Both the position numbers and the translations under genes were made by a program. 64,000 nt of DNA, taken from Phaeosaccion multiseriatum. Lineage: Eukaryota; Protista; Ochrophyta, other classes. The notes below the pieces were generated by a model. The model saw nothing but the letters and a program-made list of their open reading frames with translations, did not search any database and was not told the origin of the DNA. Positions 10,901 through 28,825 of the stretch are shown here, one piece after another. Each line of letters opens with the position of its first letter. Positions within the stretch are counted from its first letter, which is position 1. The stretch lies in assembly GCA_965112735.1 (NCBI GenBank), contig OZ218958.1, forward strand, positions 62,001 to 126,000, read 5' to 3'.

Positions 10901-13266
10901 CTTCCTCCTCATGCTCTCTCAGCAACATGGCGTTCCTGACGGAGGCGATGCAGGTGCATGCCGTCAGCGGAGTGCCCACCGTGTTTGTGCTGCACGAGCT
11001 TCACGACTTCGCAGCGCGGGGCAGGCAGACGCTGCTGTACACCTTGCTGGACATGACACACCGGAGGTGACTGAGCAGCTGCACTGGGGCACTGGGGCAG
11101 TGGGGCAGTGGGAGGAGGGGGGGAGGGGAGGGAAGGGGTGCGTGTGTGTTTGAGTGTGTGTGAGTGAGTGGAGTGCGTGGTGTTCCCTTCCTTTGCTTTG
11201 CTTGCTCGTCTCTCTTCTCTTTCCCTCTCTCTCTCTCACCCTCTCTCTCCCCCTCTCTCTCGCTCTCCCTCCGTCCTTAGCGACATGATCGTGAGTATCG
11301 TTGGTGTGACGGGCAGGGCCAACGTGCTTGACTCGCTGGAGAAGAGGGTCCGCTCAAGGTTCCGCTTCAAAGAGGTGCGGTGCTGCTTTACCCTTAGAGC
11401 GGTCCTTTGCTTTACCCTTACAGCGGTCTCTGTGCGGTGACCCTGTCGTGGACCTTACGAGCCTGACTTGAACTTCCCCTCTCCCTCTTGTGATATCCTG
11501 CCGTCTGTTGCCATCCCACCCCACCCCCCCAGATTGCGTTCCTGCAACCGGGCTTCGAGGCCACTGTTGACCTCCTGAGGAGGACTCTGATGCTGGAGGA
11601 GGAACCGCAGCAGCAGCAGTTGGTGAAACAGCACAACAAGGACAGTCGCAAAGCCACCCCCTCGCCCTCCTCCTCCTCCTCCTCCTCCTCCTCCTTCGCA
11701 ACACCCCTGGATGTCTCTCGGGAAGTGCCTGGCGGTGGCGGTGTGTCTTCCTTCGCGCGGCGCTTCGACAAGAGCACTCTCGCCCTCTTGTCGTCCCCCT
11801 CCTGCCGCCAGTTGCTGTACTCTCTGTGGGCTCGGGGCCGCACCACCGCTTGGCTCAAGACGATGCTCTCCTCTGCCCTGTGCAGCGACGCGCTGAGCCC
11901 TGCGTGCCCCTACCTCACGCTCGAGGGCCTCAAGAGGGCACAGGCCCGCATGGAACCCGACCTCGTCATGGACGGTGAGAGGATGGATGGTACCCTATGG
12001 GGGATGGCACCCAATGCGGCTAGCGGCTGCTAGGCTTGGGGCTTTGGAGGACCCACTCCCTCCTTCCGCGTTCCTTCCTTTCGCAACTCCACCCGCACCG
12101 CCACCGCTACCACCATCAGAATCACTCCCACCGCCCTGGCGCTCTCCTTACCCTCTATCTGTACCGGCTCTGTAACGGCCACTTGTGCTTGCCCCCCTCT
12201 CCTCCCCTCAGCCCTCAAGGGCCTTCCAGTGCCGGAGCTTCTGTTGCTTGCCTGCATGGCCCGTATCGAGGCGCGTCAGCCTGCCCCGTGCCCCAGCGCC
12301 CCTTCCCCTTGCCCTTGCTATTCCTTCTCCACGCTGTTCCTCGAGGTGGAGGCCTATCGCAGAGCTTTCCCCTCGTCAGGGCACAAGTACGGCAGGGACA
12401 TGCTGTTCCTCTGCCTCAAGAACCTGCTCGCAGAGGTAAGTGGGTAAGGCTAAGGGTAAGGCCGTCTGTCTGTCTGACTTTGCGGCAGGCACAGAGGCGG
12501 AAAAGAAAGCCTTTGGCAAGCAAGAGAGTGCGCAACAGAGTAACCCCGCCCCCTCACGCCCTTGCCCTTCCTGGATTACCCTCTGGTGCCATCTGCGTTT
12601 CGCAGGGCTTGGTGTGTGCGGTGCGTGAGAGGGGCAGCTTGGCGCTGAGAGAGGAGAAGGAGGGCCTCGCAGTCATGGAGCACACTCTGCTCGTCATGCA
12701 AGTCGACCCAATCACCTTCACAGGTACGCACGCACGCACGCACGCACGCGCGCACCCACATACACACACACACACAAGGGAGAGCAGAGACGCACACAAA
12801 CGCTCCGCTCCGTTGGTGAAGAGGAGACGGCGGCACGAGCAGGACAAGAGAGCCACATACGCACACGCACACACACGCACACGCACGCACACACATGGGA
12901 TAACACAGCCGCACACGCACACGCACGCACACACATGGGATAACACAGCCGCTCAGCCCCCCCCTGGAGCAGGAGAACAGACCTCCTCACCCTCTCACAC
13001 ATGCCCATATGCCCCCGTCCTGCTCTGCTTTTGCCCCTCTCCTCTGCCTTGCCCCTCTCCTCTGCCCATATGCCTTGCCCCTCTCCTCTGCCTTGCCCCT
13101 CTCCTCTGCCCATATGCCTTGCCCCTCTCCTCTGCCTTGCCCCTCTCCTCTGCCCATATGCCTTGCTCTCCTCTGCCCATATGCTTTGCTTTGCTCAGAC
13201 GCCGTGCGGGATGGGACGCTTGAGTGCCCGTCTACGCTGCAGCGCTGGTGCACCAGGCATGTGTGA
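7948..13266 (+). CDS. ORC4: Origin recognition complex subunit 4 with long N-terminal low-complexity extension (apparent 1-nt frameshift in G14 run 9183-9196)
   Basis: Core exons: LGREAEYEALLSVLGRTVVHKESTSALCMGSRDSG, VVRLNGAVQSDDSAAFKEI, GRQTLLYTLLD, SIVGVTGRANVLDSLEKRVRSRF, LPVPELLLL, and C-terminal ECPSTLQRWC matching the ORC4 end motif CPTxxxxW. The 5' extension (ORFs 7858-9246 and 8849-10345) joins across a homopolymer, so the start is less certain than the core. Confidence 0.88.
8954..9110 (+). repeat. Coding 36-bp tandem repeat (RGSNGQTGAQER x~4) in the ORC4 extension
   Basis: Unit agaggcagcaacggtcaaacaggtgcacaggagaga repeated. Confidence 0.85.
9708..9930 (+). repeat. Coding 24-bp tandem repeat (EEEKEEQR x~9) in the ORC4 extension
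   Basis: Unit gaggaggagaaagaggagcagaga repeated in frame. Confidence 0.9.
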
Positions 13267-13392
13267 GAGGCATATGGGCATGTGTGAGAGGCCTATGGGC
13301 ATGTGTGAGAGGCCTATGGGCATGTGTGAGAGGCATATGGGCATGTGTGAGAGGCATATGGGCATGTGTGAGAGGCATATGGGCATGTGTGC
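13256..13392. repeat. 20-bp tandem repeat x~7 starting at the ORC4 stop codon
   Basis: Unit ggcatgtgtgagaggcatat/gcctat-type. A solitary copy also lies at 16597-16621. Confidence 0.85.
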
Positions 13393-13699
13393 ATGTGGTA
13401 TGACTTGCTTTGGTGGCGCTGGAGCTTGAGGGCCTCTCCGGTGTCGTGTGCCAAGTGAAAACAGTACAGCATGGCATGCAGCAAAGAGTTCGACAACAAG
13501 CACGAAGACTTGGGCAACAAGCATGCACAACAACTGTACAACATCACAGTATCACTGCAATGTATTGTTTGAGGACGTATCCTTGTCCTTGAGTACACTC
13601 GTTTGAAGTTTCAGTTTCAGTTAATTGGCTCAAGCAGAGTTTGCAGCTCTCTTCTTCTTGCTCCTGCTCCTGCTCCTGCTTCTGCTGCCCTCACTGCCC

Positions 13700-19560
<5,861 letters not shown>

Positions 19561-19879
19561 GCCATCGCCTGAGAGTTAGCCTTGGGGGGGGGGAAGGTGG
19601 TTGTACACCCTTAAGTGCCATCTATGATTGTCTAAAAGTAATGGCTCACCGCCTGGGGACGTCCTTCCCGCCTGGGGACTAAAGTCCCCGAGGTGTCATC
19701 ATATCCCTCCGGTGCGTAAGTTCTCCCTATCGGCATAAAGTTGATACCAGCCAGGATTCTATGTCGAATCGATCTTTCGTGTCGGGCCCGCTGGAGCGCA
19801 ACGGCCAATCGCCGCCGAATGACGCAAACAGGGGAAGGCTTGAGAAGGGGTTTAATTCAAATTGAAGCAATCACCTAAG

Positions 19880-20500
19880 AAACTGAAAGTGTGATTGTGA
19901 TTGTGAGTGTGCGTGTGCGTGTGTGCGTGTGCACATGTATCTCTGTCTCCGGGGCCCTCGAGGGGGGCCGGTTACTCCCCCTCTTGGTCGGGGAGGGGGA
20001 GTGCAGGACCACTTCCGCGGTTGAGCCGACCCAGGAAGGCGCGCTCCCGCTCCGAGAGCCACATCTGGTGGCTGCAGCTGACGAGACGGCGAAGTCTGGT
20101 CAGGAGCCAGTGCGGCCCGTGCGGGAGACCACGTGCTCGGCGAGTGCGTGGAGGAGCGATTGCGCTTGTGCGCCGAGTCGTCCGTGGGTCTCGATGGCGA
20201 AGGTGGTGAGGCGAACAGCTCTTGGTCGAAGGTGCCGGCATAGTGCCGCTCCTTGCGGGTCTCTCGCTGTTGGCTGCTGCCGCTCCCGGTCTGGTGTCCG
20301 TGTGGAGCACATTCAGGGCCGTCCTGCAGATGTTGTTACTCAGGGTTAGGTCGAGCATATGTGCCGGGTGGGCATATAGGTTGGGTCGCGAGCTCCGGAG
20401 AGGGCGCGTCTGGTGAGGGTGGCGTCCATGCGGAAGGTCCGGGTGAGGTTGTGCGGGGGGAGGAAGTATTCCGAGCTCTCGTGGCCGACGCGGGATGCCT
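19880..20500 (-). mobile_element. Degenerate 3' fragment of a non-LTR retrotransposon with restriction-like endonuclease (RLE; CRE-like)
   Basis: Across at least 4 frameshifts: HESSEYF...FRMDATL...LDLTLSN...GAAAANSE-TRKERHYAG...RLTTFAIETHGRLG...LHALAEH...RRLVSCSHQ, i.e. the E/RxD/DxT/GxAA..E..K..Y/ET.G..G/S..Q signature. Ends in a CACACG/CACAAT simple-repeat tail. No RT domain visible (5'-truncated). Confidence 0.75.
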
Positions 20501-21193
20501 AGTCAGGGAGGGGAAGAGGCCAAATGTGAGTCTGAAAAGACGACCAACAGCTGTACTGCTCTTCGTCTGGTCGGCGAGGTGGGGATTTCAAGAGTTTGAG
20601 GCAGAGGAAGAGGAGGGAAGTGTCGAGGCTATTGGAGTGGTAACGAACGACAAAGTCAAGTCCCTGTATTTAGATGCAAAAATCAAGTGCACCCACAGCA
20701 AGAGGAGACCAAAAGGGTCACTCCTCTGCACACCCCGCGAGAAGGGCTTGAGGGGGAGGGCCGAAAGGGCCAACCAAGCCCCTGTCGCGCTGCTGCTGTA
20801 TCACCAACTCGTCTGGCCGCTCTCGTGCGAGATGTAGTCGTGGTGAAGCCATTCCCCACTCGTCACTCGGCAGCCTGCCTACTTGGGCCGGGAGAGGAGC
20901 TCACAGGTCTGTATACCCAACAGAGTGAGCTGAGCCATGCGCCACCCCATATACCCCCACATGCCCCCACTACCCACGCATCCTGTGATAATAATATAAT
21001 AATCCCCCTACCCACCTATATATATTGCCTACTGCATCGTTCCACATCGGAACACAAAATAATCCCGAATAAAAAAAACAACAAACCCCTCGCTCCCTCT
21101 CCCCCTTGTACTACTACTTGCTAGGGAAGTCAAGTACCTGTGCTCTCTCCGAACCCCTCACCCCTCACACCCCCCCCCCACTCACTCCCACAT

Positions 21194-23373
21194 CTACTCC
21201 CGGCTGGTGGTGACAGGTGGCATGGTATCTGCCCCGCCGCCGTCGGAGGGCGGATGCGGATACACCTCCGACGGCGACGGGTAGAGCTCCGACAGTGCGG
21301 AGAAGTTGGAACAGGAGAAGCCCGAGTCTCTGGACGAAGTGCTTGTTGCTTGTAAGCCCGAGTCTCTGGACGAAGTGCTCGTCGAGCCTCCCACGCCACC
21401 CTCCAGCCGGGGAAGGCGGGCGTGTGAGTGCGTGTGTCTCGATGAGTCCACGCTGTCGCTAAGGGGGGCCTCTCCTTCGCTCATGCCATGTGTCTCGTGA
21501 GTGGGCAGCGACACGGAGGAGGCGGAAATGGACACTTCATCCTCACTGTCATGTCCGTCGTCAATGTCCAGCTCCTCCTCCACCCCCCCCCTCTCCCCCC
21601 CATGGCCAGGGCGGTGCAACATAATGTCGTGGTGGGCGTGGTTGGGATAAAGCTTTACATGTCCGAGGCCATCACCGACGGTACCACTGCCAGCACTGGC
21701 ACCAGTGCCGCTGCTGTCGGCCCTTCGAATGCCGGCCTTGGCCTTCCTTCCCTCCTTGTCCTTGCCGACCAGGTCCGTCATGAGCACGACATTCTTGCCA
21801 TCCTTGCCGCTCTTTGGGGTAGTGGGCGCGAGAGGGCGCACATTGATGGGGAGAACTGCCTGCAGGGGGAGGGGTCACGGAGAGGCGAGCGAGACGAGAC
21901 AACAAGTGGGGTTGGGTTGAAAAGGGGGGGCGGGGAGGGGCGGGGAGGCCTTTAATGACCGGGTCCGTTCTCCTCCAAGACGTCCGTCCGCCTGTCCACC
22001 TGCCCTCGACCCTCACGAAACGGTAAATAAAGCTTTGCATTGCAACCCCCACCTGCCATTTGGCCCTGACGCTTCTGGCAAAGCCCGACGCGCCCTTCCG
22101 ATCTTCCTGCCTGAGCTCCAGCGCCTCGTCTTCGTCCTCCTCGTCCTCCAACCCGTCCACCACGGATTCGAAAGATTCGTCCAGGTCGGGGTCGGGCTTT
22201 CCCTCCTCCATAGAGCTGCCGCTGTCCGTTTGCGGCATCCTCTGGTGCTCCACCCGGCCGTCCCTGTCCCAATGCAGGCCCAGCCGCTCTGCAGAGGCGG
22301 CGTACACGCTGTCTCTGACTCGGGCGAAGTCTTGGCTCAGAAGGAAGCGAACGATGAGATTTTCGTTCACGAGAGTCTCCACCTGAGTAGAGGTGTATGG
22401 GGAGGTGGTGTAGGGGAGCGCGTTTAGATCCAAAGACGAAGGGAGCAGGGAACAAGAGGGGCAGAGAGAGGGAGCAGGGCGTGTGCTGGCCTCGCCCCGC
22501 CCTGACCTCGACTTGGACCTTGACCGGCCCCTCCAACCCCCCAGCCATTACGTAATTCTTGGTGACGGTGATTCCGTAAGTCGCTGTAAGACTCCCACTC
22601 CTCACGATCCATCCTCACCTTACGGTACGCTATGTCGAAGACGGCCTTCCTGGCGGCGGAGTGGAGCTGTGCGAACCTCGCACCCTGCGCGACGAGCACC
22701 TTCCGGTCCTGGTGCGCGATGTTAATCTCGTAGGGGGCGTTGGTCACGACGTACGTGCTCACGAGCTTGGAGAAGAGAGCCTTCTGCTCCTCCGCCCACT
22801 GCTGCAGGCGGAGCTGTTGCTGCCAGTCCACCACCCGGTGGGACCTCCTCTCTCGGTGGCCCCTCTCCAGGTCCACCCCCCCCGACGCCTCCCTCCCTGT
22901 TCCTACCCTTACGGTTGCGGCAGGTGCTGTGATGCCAGGCCCGCTAATGTGAATGTTGTCCCCACCGATAGTGAGCGTTGTGCCGCTGCCGCCCACCGTG
23001 CCCACCAGCCCCGCACTCTGCACAAGCAGTCCTCCTCCTCCTCCTCCTCTTCCTCCTCCTCCTCCCCCGCCATGAGCCCGCCGCCACGAGCTCTGCTGCG
23101 TCAGCACGAGTGCGTGCGCTGCTGCCGCCTGCGAGGCGCTAGTGTCCGTAGTGGTGCCCGTGTTGAAAGTGCCTAGAGAAATGGCGTCCCCGAGGTGGTC
23201 CGTCTCCCTCCACCCCCCCTCGGCATCGTTGTCGAAGTTGGCTCTGTAGGCGTCCACGGCCCTGAGGAAGCGCAATGACTCGGAGCAAAGGGCTCTGTCC
23301 ACAAAGATGCGGAAGGGCTCCTCCAGGCCGGGCTCGTCACGCACCGCCTTCCAAGAGCCCCAGCACTAAGGTG

Positions 23374-23425
<52 letters not shown>

Positions 23426-25879
23426 GTACGGTGTGAGTTTGCGGTGGCGGGGGTGTTGGAGCGTTGGTTGGAGAGGAGAGGCGAGAGAGGGGATCGGTAA
23501 GTGCGTGGGTGAGAGTGGGTGGGTAGCTGGCTGGCCCTCTACTACATACCCTACGATGGATTAAATCGACCACGAAATACCCACCCCACCCCACCCCACC
23601 CCTCATGCCTGTATGCCCGTGCATGGCCCGCACCCCTCTTTCCTCTTTCTTACCTCTGTGTCAAGCTTGAAGTTCTCCTCGGCGAGGTCGAGCTCTGAGT
23701 CTTCATCCCCCCTGGCGTGGCTGTCCTTGATGGACAGGTTGCGCTTCTTGCCGAGACGACACCGCAGGCAACGCCCTATCACCTTGCGCAGCCGGCTGCG
23801 GGGGGGACGTCGAATTAGAGGCGTATGGGTAAGGGGGTGGCGGTGAGTGAGTGAGTGAGTGAGTGAGTGAGTGAGTGAGTGAGTGGGCGAGTAGTGAATA
23901 TGTGACTGACTGCCTGTCTGACTGCCTGCCTGATTGAGTGAGTGAGTGACTGAATGCCTGACTGATTGCCCAAGTGAGTGACTGCTTTTAACGACAATGA
24001 ATGCCAAAAGATTCAAGGCCTCGTATCTGCCTGCCCATCTGTCCATCTGCCTCAATGCCCCTCACTGACTCACTGACCTTGATGGAGTCAAGGACTTGTT
24101 CCGCAGGCGGATGAGAGGAAGCATGTTGGACAAAAAGAAGACGAAGGTGTACATGGCGAACAGCACGTTGCCCGAGTAGACGCCCCACTTGGCAGCCGTG
24201 ATCCAATCAGAGTCCAAGTTGACTGGCATGGGGAGAGACAAAAATCAAGTGGGAGAGAGATTAGGGGGGAGGAGGGAGAGAGAAAGCGCGTAGCACCAAC
24301 TCGAGCCCTTCGCGCACGCGCCCACAAAACACACACGCACTCACAGTCTTCGATGGCCTCCGTGGCCTTCTCTGAGAGCAGCCTGGACAGCAGAGCTGCA
24401 GACGAAACCGCCGCTGTAACCGTCAGCATCTCCGCACTGACGCTGTAGATGTCCTTGACCTTGAGCAGAAAGGGAAATATGAGGAGCATGACCCCGCACG
24501 ACGCGTACACCAGGTTCTCCAGGAGGTCAAAGTTGGGGTCCGGTGCGAGCAGCGCCGAGCGGCCCAGGCCAGTGGGGTTGTAAAGCACGGGGATGGGCCC
24601 GAGCACCCCCACGGCAAGGACCACGAGCACGATGACGATGTTGCGCTCGCGGATCACAGCCACGGGCACACGGGTACGGAGCCACTCGCGAGTCTTGACG
24701 AGCAGCCTGTGTTGGGGGAGTGGTGGTGGTGGTACAAGTGGGAAAGGGGGTGAGAGGTCATGTGGAGCAGCCTAAAGGGGAGTGGTGGTGGTGAGAGGTC
24801 ATGTCGGCTCAACAGTTGGAGCTGCTGCTCCTCTTGGCCTATGCCAGTGGTCCTGTGGTGTCCTACTTTTCAAAACCCTCTTCCTCATTTCTACCTACAC
24901 ACATGCACACGCACACCCCACACCCCACACCCTCACCTAAAGCCCCTGGCAATATAGGCCCCGTAGAAAGTGGCGACTTGCATGAACAGCACCACCTGCA
25001 CAATGTCCAGCCGAGCCTCGTAGCCGAACAGGATGGGCGCCGTGAACCAAAACGTGATGGTGAAGAGAGCCGCCAGGGCAGATGCCCCGCACAGCAGCTT
25101 GAGAGAGAGGGTGGGGGAAATGCGGGGAAATAAGGATGGGGCAGGGGGGAAGAGTGCCGCGCGCACACACACACATGTATATATATACACATATGAAGAG
25201 TGCCGCACAAGCTCTCGGGGGCGCTCCCCCTTGTCTGAAAAGCGTCAGGACCAGGCCTCATACCTGCAGATGCGGGGAGCGGATACGGAGATCGAACAGC
25301 AGTCTCTCCTTGTAGAGGTAGGGCAGGAACACGCACCAGCCCAGCGCCTCCACCACGCACATAATCACGAACTTCGCCAGTGCCACGTGCTCTGTCGGGC
25401 CGGAGGGAGGGGAAGGAGTCAGGGGGGGCAGTGAGCAACACTGGCAGCACCCGCGGGATCGGCCGGCAGAGGTGTCGCCAAAGGGGGGGAGGGGGAGATC
25501 GCTGCAACCCATCGGGGGGAAGACGGCTGCCCCGACGCATCGGGCGCATCGGGGGGGAAGAAAGCATTAACTCCTTAATGCTGCTCCTCGTCCGCCCCCT
25601 CTGCTACTCCCCTCCACCCTCTCCACCCCTCCCTGCCCCAGCCCGACCCCTTTTCCCGCTCTTCTCACCTTCACTCCTGCCCGGCGGGGGCGCCAGCAAG
25701 ATCGGATCAAACGTAAAGCCGCCCCCTCCTCCCCCGTCCAAACCTGAGGAGCTTGACGGCCCTCCTCCCCCTAGGGCTCCGGGGGGGATTGGGAACCCAT
25801 TGAACGTCGTCGGGATGTCGTCCAAATCAGTCGGGATTTCAATGCCAGGAGGGATGGGAAAGCCGCCGTATGTGGACAT
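21194..25879 (-). CDS. 7TM-RGS protein (seven-transmembrane region fused to regulator of G-protein signalling domain)
   Basis: ATG at 25879. Seven hydrophobic segments (VALAKFVIMCVVEALGWCVFLPYLY ... GVYSGNVLFAMYTFVFFLSNMLPLI) with RIRSP after TM1, YIARGFRL and KDIYSVSAE. RGS domain: FRIFVDRALCSESLRFLRAVDAY ... YVVTNAPYEINI ... VFDIAYRKVETLVNENLIVRFLLS. Low-complexity C-tail ends at 21194. Confidence 0.88.
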
Positions 25880-26803
25880 GGCTACTCCGCTCCTTCGAGG
25901 AATCCTTCCTTATCTTTTCAACACCCTCCCTCTCTTCCGACGCGTCGTCTGCTTCCCAACTCCAGCGGGACTCGCCTTGAACGAGGAGGGGGGCAATAGG
26001 CAAAAACTGTTGCTCTACCCCTCCTCTGCAGAGTCGCCGCTCTCCTTCACTACTTTGCACCAACGCAGAGCCCCCCCCACCAACCAAACTCCCCCCTCCG
26101 TCAAGCCTCTGCGGCTTGGTCGGCTAACTAATTTAGCATGCTGCTGCTGCTGCTGCTGCCATTTCACTTCAGACCTGCTGGTTTTTCTGACAAGTCCAGC
26201 TCCTCCCCCCAAGTGGAGAGTGGGGGGGCGATCGGCCCCTCTCTGGCTTCTCTCTGGAGGGGACGATCTCCCTCTCTATTCTCTCTCTCACTCTCTCTCG
26301 TTTGTAGCCTCAGGATTGGTTTTCTCTACACTGAAAGGTCCGCGGGCGGGGGGGGAGACCAGTTTTCCCACAGGCGATGAGGGTATTATTTTAATAGCCT
26401 AGCTGGCGCTGCTCCTGTTGCTGCTGCCGCTCCTTGTGCTCCTTTCCGCTCTCCCCCGCTCCCCTACTAGAGTAGTCCCGCGTCTGCAGTGCACATAGAG
26501 CCCTAGAGAGGAGAAAGTGTCCCAGGCGAAGCGCCAAGCCGGGGGTAAAGGCTTTGATTGGGGTTTGATACCCTCGAATACCCAATTTTTTGGGTTTCCG
26601 CTCATTGAATTTGCGTGCAATTTGGCGTGCCAAAGCATTTGAGGAAAATTCTGTGGGTTCGGCCTCCGCATAAAGAAAGTCGCTGGACCACCCCCCCTCT
26701 CTTCCGCCCCGTGCACGCCTAGCGGTTTTGCTCTAGGCCGCTAGGCCGCTCGGCCGCTCTAGGCCGCTCACGCCCTCGCTCGGCGGCCTATAGCCCGCCT
26801 CTA

Positions 26804-27048
26804 TCGACCCCTGACACGCTATCCGCTAACGCTATCGCCGGCGCCAGCCGGCGCGCTATCCGCTATCTCTGGCGCGCTATCCGCTATCGCCGGCGCCAGC
26901 CGGCGCGCTATCCGCTATCGGCAGCGTCAGCCGGCTTTGGGGGGGGGTTGTTGGGGCGTGCTATCCGCCAGCCGGCGCGCTATCCGCTATCGGCCACCGG
27001 CCGATAGCGCGCTATCGCGAATGTGGGCGATAGCGTGTCAGGGGTCGA
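26804..27048. mobile_element. MITE-like non-autonomous DNA transposon, copy 2 (245 bp, inverted relative to copy 1)
   Basis: Perfect 20-bp TIR TCGACCCCTGACACGCTATC. Direct repeat GCCTCTA at 26797-26803 and 27049-27055. Same internal GCTATCCGCTATC / GCCGGCGCCAGCCGGCGC units as 7325-7499. Confidence 0.88.
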
Positions 27049-27799
27049 GCCTCTAGGCAGCCTCCCAGTGACCGTGGGCGCGTGCGTGGTGCCGCCCAGC
27101 CAGTGGGTAGCAGCACACCTGTAGGCCTGCACTCCTCGTAGGGCCAGCGAGGCGGAAAGAGACAACACGAACCAAGTCTACTCCTCCCTTCCATTCGTCT
27201 TTCTTAAAACTGACTAGCTACTCTTTGCACTCTGGGCACTCCCACCGTCCTCTCGGCCTGGAGCGAAGGCCGAGGCAACGAAGGTGGTACTCATTTCCAC
27301 AGGTTCCCTCGTTGTAGCAGACAATGATGATGCGGCGCTGAGAGCAGAAGTGGCTGGTGGGCCCCGGGGTGGAGGAAGAAGGGAGGGCGAGCGAAGCGAG
27401 GTAGGTAGCGCTCCGCTACCTAAAGCTTTGGTGTCTCTCCATCGTCCCAAAAGCCTACGTGGGAGTAGATGAGATAGTATTGGACCAGCCAAGAGGGAGT
27501 AGATAGTAAGAGCAGCCAGGAGTGCGAGTCACTGGTGGCGCGCATCTCCCCCTCCTGAAACCTGAAACTGTGGTTCACATGTGGCAAATTGAAGCACCAA
27601 CATCCGCACTTGCGCCCCCGTAGGAAGAGGTTGGAGAAAATTATTCTTATGTGAATAAGATGTGGATGGGGAGGGTAGGGTGTGGGAGGTGTGGTGGCTG
27701 GTCCATCATTGCTACCTGGTGCTAATCACGTGGAGAAGTGTCCACAGACAAGGGGAGTGAATTTCTTTCCAATTCTTGGTGCACACTCTCACTTTCGAT

Positions 27800-28825
27800 A
27801 TGGCGGCTGCCTTTCCTCCATCGGAAGCGGTAGCAGCACCACAAGAAGACAGGGAGGAGTTGGATATCTTATCTGCTGAGGTGGCTCCAAAGGTGGCCCC
27901 AGTGCGCTACTTCAGCCGGGATTTTTGTTGGAACGAGTGGGCCGAGGTCGCGGCCCCATTAGCAGAGGCCGTTCCGCTTCTTTCCACCGAACCTGACCCT
28001 GGAAGCACCAATAGTAATGCTATTCATAGCAGCGGTAGCAGCAGCTCGCCGCAGGAGCAATGCTGGGAGGACTTCTTCCGGCGCGATGGCAAATCTGGCA
28101 GCGTGTACAGGCCACGGAGATACCTTGCCACGGAGTTCAACATCCAGCCCAGCGAGGGCAGGGGTAGCGCCTTGAACATGATAGACATTGGGTGTGGGTT
28201 CGGCTGCTCCCTCCTTCCGCTTCTGGAGGCTGATCCCCACCTGCAGGCACTGGCGGTGGACTTTTCGCCTCATGCGATCCACCTCTTACGGGCCCACCCC
28301 CTGTTTTCGCAGTTCCAGGAGCGGCTGGCCACCCACGTGCACGACGCGCTCGCTCTGGGGGCAGTGGTGGCGCCCTCCAGTGCCGACGCTGCCCTCGCCA
28401 TCTTCACGTGCTCTGCACTTCAGCCCAAGGACCACGCGCTCTTCTTTCGAGAGGCCGCGGCGTGCCTTAAGCCCGGTACGGGGCGGCTGCTCTTCAGGGA
28501 CTACGGCCTCTACGACAATACGCAGATGCGCAACAAAAAGCGCGTGGGGGAGAGGACCTACCTGCGGGGGGGCGAGCAGGGACAGGGGGGCGGCGGTCCC
28601 ACAATCGCACACTACTTTACTCTGGCCGAGCTGTCTCAACTGGCGACGCAGGCCGGCCTGGAGGTGGAGGAGGTGGAGTACTGCTGCGTGGCGAGCGTGA
28701 ATCGCAAGAAGGGCCAGACGACCAAGAGAGTCTTCATTCACGGCAAGTTTAGGCGACCGCAGCAGGAGTCTGAGCCTCCTTCCTCTGTGATGGATGTGTC
28801 GAGACGCGTGCTGATTCCGCACTGA
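27800..28825 (+). CDS. METTL6: tRNA N3-methylcytidine (m3C32) methyltransferase, METTL6/METTL2/Trm140 family; single uninterrupted ORF
   Basis: WEDFF..YRPRRYLATEF, IDIGCGFG (SAM motif I), AVDFSPHAI, AIFTCSAL, LKPGTGRLLFRDYGLYD, TIAHYFT, VNRKKG..KRVFIHGKF. Confidence 0.88.
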   Translation: MAAAFPPSEAVAAPQEDREELDILSAEVAPKVAPVRYFSRDFCWNEWAEVAAPLAEAVPLLSTEPDPGSTNSNAIHSSGSSSSPQEQCWEDFFRRDGKSGSVYRPRRYLATEFNIQPSEGRGSALNMIDIGCGFGCSLLPLLEADPHLQALAVDFSPHAIHLLRAHPLFSQFQERLATHVHDALALGAVVAPSSADAALAIFTCSALQPKDHALFFREAAACLKPGTGRLLFRDYGLYDNTQMRNKKRVGERTYLRGGEQGQGGGGPTIAHYFTLAELSQLATQAGLEVEEVEYCCVASVNRKKGQTTKRVFIHGKFRRPQQESEPPSSVMDVSRRVLIPH

